Shown piece after piece: positions 7,263 to 13,584 of a stretch of DNA of 20,000 nucleotides. The stretch lies in IMG/VR virus record IMGVR_UViG_3300029309_000019, positions 44,678 to 64,677 of that record; one strand, given 5' to 3'. The notes under the pieces are model-generated. The model did not search any database, was not told where the DNA came from, and saw nothing but the letters and a program-made list of their open reading frames with translations. Every line of letters starts with the position of its first letter. Position 1 is the stretch's first letter. The stretch comes from an uncultured virus (IMG/VR IMGVR_UViG_3300029309_000019). Taxonomy: Duplodnaviria; Heunggongvirae; Uroviricota; Caudoviricetes. Made by a program: the position numbers and the translations under genes.

Positions 7263-9118
7263 TGAACAACTTTACTAAATTTTTATACGCTTTTATAATA
7301 TTTATAGTATTTACTATTTCTATTTCTTTTGGACAATGCCCTCCAAGTACATGGAGTTTAAATGTAACTATAAATCCTGACCAGTATCCAGAAGAGACAT
7401 CATTTTATGTTTTGAACTTAGGTGGTGACACTATTTTTCAAGGGGGCCCTTTTGAAAATATAGTAGATTATCAACCTCAATATATTAGCTCCTGTGTACC
7501 AATAGATAGTTTTATATTAGTTTTAAAAGATGAATATGGTGATGGTATGGCTGGTAGTTTATGGGGCGGTAATGATGGCTCTGTATACATAGAACAATGT
7601 GGCGATACAATTTGGCAACTAGACACACCAGACTTTGGTTATGAAATATACGATACAATATATACTTCTGGATGCCCTCCTCCCGCACCAATATATGGTT
7701 GCATGGATGAAAACTTTTTAGAGTTTTTACCAGTGGCAACAGTTGATACTGGTATGTGTGTTACACCAAAACTATTTGGTTGCACTGATTCACTAGCTTT
7801 TAACTACGATTCTACAGCTAATATAGATGAATATATAGATAGCTGTGCACATGAACTAGAATTAACCGACCTAGCTGGAAATGGTTGGGCTGGTTCTACA
7901 CTGAAATTATATCAAGCAACAAACATAGTACCTCCGTTTAATTATGAAGATATTGGTACATACACATTAATAGATGGTTTTGATACGACTTTCTTTATAA
8001 ACCTAGCAGCAGATTATCCTGTCAAAGCAGTATTTGAAATTACACAACAATCAGACTTCACAGCAGTACAATGTGGATTTAGCTTGTACTCTGAAGATTA
8101 TGTAGCTATAGATATAGAAGGTGGATTTGTAAATCCTATACCACCATTCTTGCCAATCATGGCAGAACCATACTGTGGTAACACTTGTATAGAAAGAACA
8201 TATGGCTGTATAGACAGCTTAGCAGTAAATTATAACGACACAGTAAATACAGATGATGAAACTTGCTATTATAATCCAGGGTGTACTAATCCAATTTATT
8301 TGGAGTACAATGCGCTTTATGACTACGATGATGGTTCGTGTGCTACGTTGGTTGCATACGGATGCATGGACTCAACTGCATTTAATTACGACCCTTTGGC
8401 TAACGTGGAGCTACCTGGCTCTTGTATTGCTGTCGTAGAGGGCTGTATGGACGATGGTGCATTTAATTACAATATAAACGCTAATGTTGATGACGGAAGC
8501 TGTATACCTCTTATATTTGGCTGTATAGAGCCGTCTGCATTTAATTACTGTGATACATGTAATACAGACAATGGTAGCTGTATAGACGTTGTAAATGGCT
8601 GTATGGACAGTTTAGCACTAAACTACAATCCTTTAGCAAATGTAGATAATGGTTCTTGTATATTACCATTGGCGGGCTGCACTGATGTAACTGCAGTTAA
8701 TTATAATGTTAATGCTAACATACCTGACAGTAGCTGTTACTATGAGTCTGGTTGTTATGCTACAGTACCGTATTACATTCCTAATGCTTGTTTTGAATGG
8801 GTTATAGATATAGACCCTTATTGTTGTGATGACAGTTGGGATAACACATGTTATGACTTATATAATTATTGCCAAGATGGATGGTCGGGGCCAGTAAGCG
8901 TTGACATGTATAAGAGAACTAAATATATACCTTATCCAAACCCAACAAGAGACTACGTAAACTTTACTGAATTAGTAGATGTATTGGTTATAGATAATTT
9001 AGGTAAGAACCATAAGTTATATAAGAATACTAAAAGAATAAAATTAGATAAAGGAATAAACTATATAAAAGTTTCAAACAATAAATTAAGTTTTACTACT
9101 ATAATAATTGTACAGTAG
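7262..9118 (+). CDS. Secreted Cys-repeat surface protein with T9SS type-A C-terminal sorting domain
   Basis: Sec signal ...TISISFG|Q. Two acidic beta domains (DEYGDG, DLAGNGW), nine GCxD..A.NY...D.GSC repeats and a DPYCC..WD..C module. Basic C-tail YPNPTRD...IDNLGK...LDKGINYIKV...TTIIIVQ matches the Por secretion tail pattern (TIGR04183-like). Confidence 0.8.
   Translation: MNNFTKFLYAFIIFIVFTISISFGQCPPSTWSLNVTINPDQYPEETSFYVLNLGGDTIFQGGPFENIVDYQPQYISSCVPIDSFILVLKDEYGDGMAGSLWGGNDGSVYIEQCGDTIWQLDTPDFGYEIYDTIYTSGCPPPAPIYGCMDENFLEFLPVATVDTGMCVTPKLFGCTDSLAFNYDSTANIDEYIDSCAHELELTDLAGNGWAGSTLKLYQATNIVPPFNYEDIGTYTLIDGFDTTFFINLAADYPVKAVFEITQQSDFTAVQCGFSLYSEDYVAIDIEGGFVNPIPPFLPIMAEPYCGNTCIERTYGCIDSLAVNYNDTVNTDDETCYYNPGCTNPIYLEYNALYDYDDGSCATLVAYGCMDSTAFNYDPLANVELPGSCIAVVEGCMDDGAFNYNINANVDDGSCIPLIFGCIEPSAFNYCDTCNTDNGSCIDVVNGCMDSLALNYNPLANVDNGSCILPLAGCTDVTAVNYNVNANIPDSSCYYESGCYATVPYYIPNACFEWVIDIDPYCCDDSWDNTCYDLYNYCQDGWSGPVSVDMYKRTKYIPYPNPTRDYVNFTELVDVLVIDNLGKNHKLYKNTKRIKLDKGINYIKVSNNKLSFTTIIIVQ
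7691..8740 (+). repeat. Intragenic ~26-aa Cys repeats (GC[MTI]D..A.NY...A..D.GSC), nine copies
   Basis: Two copies at about 7691-7850 and seven tandem copies at about 8200-8740, separated by a non-repeat domain. Degenerate at the DNA level. Confidence 0.9.
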
Positions 9119-9121
9119 AAG

Positions 9122-9445
9122 ATGAGTAAAAGTAAATACTATTATGATTACACAAGAAATATGAGTAACGAACAAATACAAAAAATTTGCACAGAAGAAT
9201 GTGATTGTGTGGAAAATAAAAATAAATTAATTGACATATTCAAAGATGACAATAATTATAATGAAAAATCTATTGTAGGATTTATAGCATTTGCTATCAT
9301 GATTTTTGTTATATTTGTAGATGTGATTACTGGTTTCTTTGGAAAGGACTTAGTTATAAAAGAATTTGTATATAATTCATTTGTGGTTATAGTTTTAGGT
9401 TCTTTTGGAATCAGTGGAGTAGAAAAAATATTTAATAAAAAATAA
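9122..9445 (+). CDS. Two-TM membrane protein, holin candidate
   Basis: Hydrophobic segments IVGFIAFAIMIFVIFVDVITGFF and FVYNSFVVIVLGSFGISGV, a basic tail EKIFNKK, and a location near a putative lysin. Confidence 0.55.
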   Translation: MSKSKYYYDYTRNMSNEQIQKICTEECDCVENKNKLIDIFKDDNNYNEKSIVGFIAFAIMIFVIFVDVITGFFGKDLVIKEFVYNSFVVIVLGSFGISGVEKIFNKK

Positions 9446-9446
9446 A

Positions 9447-9854
9447 ATGGCAAAATTAAATGTATCTTTGACATTAACTTCTACAGATATACTACCTGGA
9501 GAATTAAGCTTTACAGAGACAGATGAAATCACTGTTACTGGTGTAACTAGTGGATTTGGTACTACTGATGCTCCTGTATCAGGTGGTTCAATAACTCACA
9601 TAAACTCTGTATCTTTTGCTGGTACGAATAAGAAAGCTTATATTTATCTAAAGCATACAGGATTAAAAGGAGATGGTACTACAACCTCAACTGACAACTT
9701 AAATGTTTATGATGATGATGATAAAGCTATCGCTATCTTAGCTCCAGGTGAGTTTTTGTTTTTACCAGTTCAGGATAATAATGACGTTGCTGTTCGTTCA
9801 GCTAGTGGTTCTAACACTATTCAGGTAGAGTTCTTTTTTGTTGAAGCAGACTAA
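9447..9854 (+). CDS. Beta-rich putative virion protein, paralog 1
   Basis: Shares MAK, AYIYLKHTG..GDG, LAPGEF..LP and EFFFVEA with the next gene. Confidence 0.7.
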   Translation: MAKLNVSLTLTSTDILPGELSFTETDEITVTGVTSGFGTTDAPVSGGSITHINSVSFAGTNKKAYIYLKHTGLKGDGTTTSTDNLNVYDDDDKAIAILAPGEFLFLPVQDNNDVAVRSASGSNTIQVEFFFVEAD

Positions 9855-9867
9855 TTAAAATAATAAA

Positions 9868-10308
9868 ATGGCAAAATTTTCGGTAAATTTATCAATAAGA
9901 AGCACAGAGCTTTTTTCTAATCAAGATGTTGTTATATCTGAAAGCGACACTCTTACTGCTGGTGGAGACGTTGTTGGATATGGTAAACTTGTTGTACCTT
10001 CTGGTAATGCGCATGGCTCAGCAATACCAGTAAACGTTGCAGATAGTTTTTCAGCTAAATCTTACGTATATCTAAAACACACAGGATTTGATGGTGATGG
10101 CTCTACAGCTACATCTCTTAATATTCTTGTATTCAATAGCGCTAGTACAAAAATTCAGTTTGCTACATTAGCTCCAGGTGAGTTCATGATTCTTCCTTAT
10201 ATAGGAGGTGGAGACTTTACAGACATCAATGTTTGTACATCTGACGCTTCTGGTTCAGCTACTACTGACCAAGCAACACTTGAGTACTTCTTTGTAGAAG
10301 CAGCGTAG
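9868..10308 (+). CDS. Beta-rich putative virion protein, paralog 2
   Basis: SYVYLKHTGFDGDG, LAPGEFMILP and EYFFVEA; colinear with the previous gene. Confidence 0.7.
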   Translation: MAKFSVNLSIRSTELFSNQDVVISESDTLTAGGDVVGYGKLVVPSGNAHGSAIPVNVADSFSAKSYVYLKHTGFDGDGSTATSLNILVFNSASTKIQFATLAPGEFMILPYIGGGDFTDINVCTSDASGSATTDQATLEYFFVEAA

Positions 10309-10309
10309 T

Positions 10310-10780
10310 ATGGAGCTTGAGGTATTAAGATTTAGCTCTCAGTCAGATTGTACTAACGGTTTACTTTTTGAAGTAACAGATTTAGGTAAAAGATTTTTGT
10401 GCTATACTTTGGAGGATGAACATAGAGCTTCCAAGGTTAAGGGAGAGACAAGAATACCAGAAGGTAGATATGAAATCAAACTTCGTAAGGAAGGTGGTTT
10501 TCATTCTCGTTACGAGAAAAAATATGCAGGAATGCATAAAGGTATGTTACATGTTCAGGATGTTCCAGGGTTTGAATGGATACTAATCCACACAGGTAAC
10601 ACTGATGAACATACCGCAGGATGTTTGCTTGTTGCTGATACACAACAAAATAACATCATTGTAAAAGATGGATTTATTGGTCAATCAGTAAATGCATACA
10701 AAAGAATATATCCTCCTATAGCTGAGGCTATAGAAAATAATGAGGATGTCTATATAACGTATATAGACTACGATTTGTAA
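10310..10780 (+). CDS. DUF5675-like protein, putative cell-wall enzyme/lysin (L,D-transpeptidase-like His/Cys motif)
   Basis: CYTLED...ETRIPEGRY...VPGFEWILIHTGNTDEHTAGCLLV pattern. HxGN..T.GC resembles the YkuD catalytic motif. Confidence 0.75.
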   Translation: MELEVLRFSSQSDCTNGLLFEVTDLGKRFLCYTLEDEHRASKVKGETRIPEGRYEIKLRKEGGFHSRYEKKYAGMHKGMLHVQDVPGFEWILIHTGNTDEHTAGCLLVADTQQNNIIVKDGFIGQSVNAYKRIYPPIAEAIENNEDVYITYIDYDL

Positions 10781-10831
10781 GATAACTTTCCTCCGTGTTA
10801 TTCAACATGGTTTGTTTTGTTGTTTGATGAG

Positions 10832-10863
10832 GGAGCCTCGTTTTGCGGGGCTTCTTTTTTTTT
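10832..10863 (+). terminator. Rho-independent terminator
   Basis: Stem GGAGCCTCGT / GCGGGGCTTC (10 bp including G-U pairs), loop TTT, followed by nine T. Confidence 0.85.
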
Positions 10864-10872
10864 GTATATTTG
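10842..10872 (+). promoter_or_regulatory. Bacteroidota primary-sigma promoter (TTTG-N19-TATATTTG) overlapping the terminator
   Basis: TTTG at 10842-10845, a 19-nt spacer and TATATTTG at 10865-10872: a full -33/-7 consensus upstream of the ATG at 10898. Confidence 0.75.
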
Positions 10873-10897
10873 CATTGAACAACAAATTTAATTCAAG

Positions 10898-11638
10898 ATG
10901 AAAGAGTACGGAAAAAGAATCCGATTATCCCCTGAAGAAGTACAATTAGTTGAAAATCATAGACTTACAAAAAACGTAGGTATAATTGGAGACACACATG
11001 AACCCTTCTGTCATCCAAGGTACAGAGATTTTTGTTACGAAGTTTTTAACAGGTTTGCCTGTGGAACTATAGTTCACATAGGAGATGAGGTAGATAATTC
11101 TGCTCTGTCATACCATGAGAAGATGGCTGAGATGCCTAACGCAGAGAGCGAAGCAGAAAAAGCTCAGAGAGCTATGGAGAGATGGTATGCAACCTTTCCA
11201 GATGTTATGGTATGTGTGGGAAATCATTCAGCTTTACCTTTTCGCCAGGCTACCACAGCAGGAATACCTAAAAGATTTATGAAGTCTTACGAGGAGATAT
11301 GGAATGCTCCTAAAGGATGGAAGTGGGAAATGGAATGGGAGATAGATAATGTTTTATATACTCATGGTACAGGTTCTGCTGGACAAAATGGAGCTAGAAA
11401 TAGAGCTATAGCTAACAGACAATCCACTGTTATAGGACATCTACACTCTTTTGGAGGTGTATCTTACATGGCATCTAGAAATGATATTATATTCGGCCTC
11501 AATGTTGGATGCGGAATATCTGTAGACCATATGGCCTTTTCATATGGTAAGGTGTTTCCAAAGAAACCAACGTTAGGATGTGGTGTTGTTCTAGATGAAG
11601 GAAGGACGGCTATATTTATACCTATGAATTTAGGAACA
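10898..11638 (+). CDS. Calcineurin-like metallophosphoesterase (3' end runs into the N gap)
   Basis: All five motifs are present: GDTH, GDEVD, GNH, THG, GHLH. Confidence 0.85.
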
Positions 11639-11648
11639 NNNNNNNNNN
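11639..11648. other. Assembly gap (10 N)
   Basis: Run of n from 11639 to 11648; the true length is unknown. Confidence 0.98.
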
Positions 11649-12265
11649 TGGAAGTGAATAAATACATTAACATAATTATATTTATTATATTTATAAGTCT
11701 AGGTGCTTATGGATATACTGAGTTGATGTCCTGGAAAAGCAAGTATGATAGTGTTCTGAAGATTGTTGAAGGTAAAGATGAGGCTATAAGAATGAATGAA
11801 AACGTTCTAAATGATTTGAAAAGTCAGAACAAAGAACTAAAAATAAAACTGAATGAGTTTAAGAATGTTGAATCTGTCACAAAGGTTGTTACTAAAACTG
11901 TCATTGATACGGTGGTTGTTGAGTACGACAATAGTATCGTTGTTGGTAATGATGGTACTTTTGTTGGCAATGTTGATATTGACTCCACATTTTACAATCT
12001 TAGCTGTACGTTCAATGAAAAGAGTTTTACATTAAATTCATTATCAATACCAAACACTCAGACTATAATAGTCGGTGATAAAAAAATAAGAGGATGGACT
12101 GGTATAACAACAGGCACAGAGTTTTCCGTGATAGTAGACAACACAAATCCCTACATTCAGAACGTGAATGTTCAAAACTATACAATAAAGAAAGAAAAGA
12201 AGTGGTTCCAAACGCAGGGATTCGCTGTCGGAGTCGGTATTCTAGGCGGACTCTTATTAGATTAA
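11649..12265 (+). CDS. Membrane-anchored coiled-coil/beta protein, spanin candidate (start probably at the gap edge, nTG GAA GTG)
   Basis: N-terminal TM YINIIIFIIFISLGAYGY, coiled coil, beta-rich region, then KKEKKW and a C-terminal hydrophobic Gly-rich segment GFAVGVGILGGLLL. Confidence 0.55.
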
Positions 12266-12273
12266 TTAATCTA
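12258..12273. repeat. Perfect 16-bp palindrome TAGATTAATTAATCTA at the convergent strand switch
   Basis: Self-complementary and centred between the abutting stops TAA (12263-12265) and TTA (12266-12268). Confidence 0.9.
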
Positions 12274-12457
12274 CTAACCCCTTGAGGTCTTCATCTTCTG
12301 ATTCGTCACTCTTATCAAGAGAGAACTGTACTTTAGGTGGGGTATCAAATTTAATCCATTCGTAGCATTCATTGTATAATAAATCAATCAATGCTTCTTT
12401 TTTTAGATTGTTAGGCAAACCTTTTTCTTTTATTTCAACTGTAATTGAAGCTTTCAT
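12266..12457 (-). CDS. Hypothetical protein (63 aa)
   Basis: Abuts both neighbours with zero spacing; co-oriented with the - arm. Confidence 0.7.
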   Translation of the reverse strand: MKASITVEIKEKGLPNNLKKEALIDLLYNECYEWIKFDTPPKVQFSLDKSDESEDEDLKGLVD

Positions 12458-12832
12458 TTATAAAACTTTTATTATTACTCCTGGGTTTTCTTTGTCGTAT
12501 TCGTACTCCTCTAATATAGGAATTATATTGTCACAATTATCATCCTCTAACCAATTATTTTTAACCATAAGGTCTTGAACAGTCTGTAAAGGATTAACGT
12601 AATCAAACTTTCTCCTAGAGCCTCTAATAAATTTAAAGGAAACCTTGTAAGGTTTTTTCTTGTCTGCTATCATTTTTTGGAAATACTCAACATTGTCAGC
12701 GTAACATTGTTTAGTTTCTTTGATGTAATTCATTGTAGTTTTTGAATGAATTAACATTTTACCTGTCCATCTTTTTGAGTTTTTACTTGATGGTACATTG
12801 CCAGGTATGAATATCCATTTTTTATATGGCAT
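12458..12832 (-). CDS. rusA: RusA-like Holliday junction resolvase
   Basis: PGNVPSSKN, RRKFDYVN...VQDLM...LEDDN and a C-terminal KENPGVIIKV follow the RusA layout. Confidence 0.7.
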   Translation of the reverse strand: MPYKKWIFIPGNVPSSKNSKRWTGKMLIHSKTTMNYIKETKQCYADNVEYFQKMIADKKKPYKVSFKFIRGSRRKFDYVNPLQTVQDLMVKNNWLEDDNCDNIIPILEEYEYDKENPGVIIKVL

Positions 12833-13091
12833 CTATCATTGCTTTTTTGATATTAGAAATATCCATGCATACCTCATATTCTTCTGTCTCTGTAAAATAC
12901 TCAATAACCTTATCAAGTTTTTGAGGTTCACTTATTATCTCCTCTATATTTACTTTTAGATTCTTGATATACAGTTCTTGTTCAAATGTAAGTTTAGACT
13001 GCATGACATTTCTTTTCTCTTCTGGATTAAAAGTATCCATCAGTTCATCATACACTCCGATTAAAATAGCTCTTTTGGTTGAATCATTCAT
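12822..13091 (-). CDS. Hypothetical protein with C-terminal E.EEYE.C..I helical (UVR-like) motif
   Basis: IEYFTETEEYEVCMDISNIK; short overlaps with both neighbours. Confidence 0.65.
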   Translation of the reverse strand: MNDSTKRAILIGVYDELMDTFNPEEKRNVMQSKLTFEQELYIKNLKVNIEEIISEPQKLDKVIEYFTETEEYEVCMDISNIKKAMIDAI

Positions 13092-13584
13092 TGATTTTAT
13101 GTTTAGTTATTGTGTCTACAAAAAAGTGTTCTTTATATTTATTTCTTTTAAGAAGAATCATTTTGCTCTGATTATTATCTCCTCCATAAATTGTTTTAAT
13201 CTTACCGTCTGCATACTCTTTTTTTATCAGAGATTTTAGCTCATCTACCTTTATCATCCAAAGATTGTTAATACTCAAATGATAATAGTAATATACAAAA
13301 ACATCTGCTTCTGTGCAAGATATTCCACTAGGTTTTTTTTTACATTCTATTTCTATGGCCATATTACCACTATCGAAGGACTCTTTACAGTATTCATCTG
13401 TCTTGACTTCAAAAAACACTTGGGTTGAAGTTTTCGGACTTGTTCCATATATGTCATATTCTTTGAAGTATCCTTCTGTTTGTTTGATGTCTCTGTATCC
13501 ATTACATAATAGATACAACATAATTAATGACTCTCCTTTCTCTCCCAAGGTTTTATCTCTAGTAAAGTCTATATTCTTTTTCAT
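13084..13584 (-). CDS. PD-(D/E)XK restriction-endonuclease-like nuclease
   Basis: GEKGE helix, YDI, FFEVKTD, SGNMAIE, KPSGI..TEAD motifs. Confidence 0.75.
   Translation of the reverse strand: MKKNIDFTRDKTLGEKGESLIMLYLLCNGYRDIKQTEGYFKEYDIYGTSPKTSTQVFFEVKTDEYCKESFDSGNMAIEIECKKKPSGISCTEADVFVYYYYHLSINNLWMIKVDELKSLIKKEYADGKIKTIYGGDNNQSKMILLKRNKYKEHFFVDTITKHKINE

Noticed and set aside
7691..8740. Regularly spaced repeats as a CRISPR array or DGR template/variable repeats
   Set aside because: The repeats are in-frame protein repeats, degenerate at all base types. No identical direct repeats, adenine-specific variation, cas gene or reverse transcriptase is present.
10748..10768. 9-bp inverted repeat GTCTATATA-ACG-TATATAGAC
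   Set aside because: It is inside coding sequence, AT-rich and a single instance. It could be an operator but is not distinguishable from chance.
10729..10808. Minus-strand 26-aa ORF MLNNTEESYLTNRSLYTLYRHPHYFL behind an A-rich leader
   Set aside because: It is antisense to the end of the DUF5675-like gene with no - strand promoter seen. The leader-like sequence is treated under the sRNA hypothesis instead.
10898..12265. 455-aa phosphoesterase-membrane protein fusion in the ORF track
   Set aside because: The join lies on the 10-N gap. The phosphoesterase domain is essentially complete before it, and a new TM-led protein begins at nTG right after it.
11853..12285. Embedded alternative-frame ORFs (11853-12035, 12094-12285) as an Rz1-like lipoprotein
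   Set aside because: 11853-12035 is hydrophobic but contains no Cys, so it has no lipobox; 12094-12285 has no signal peptide.
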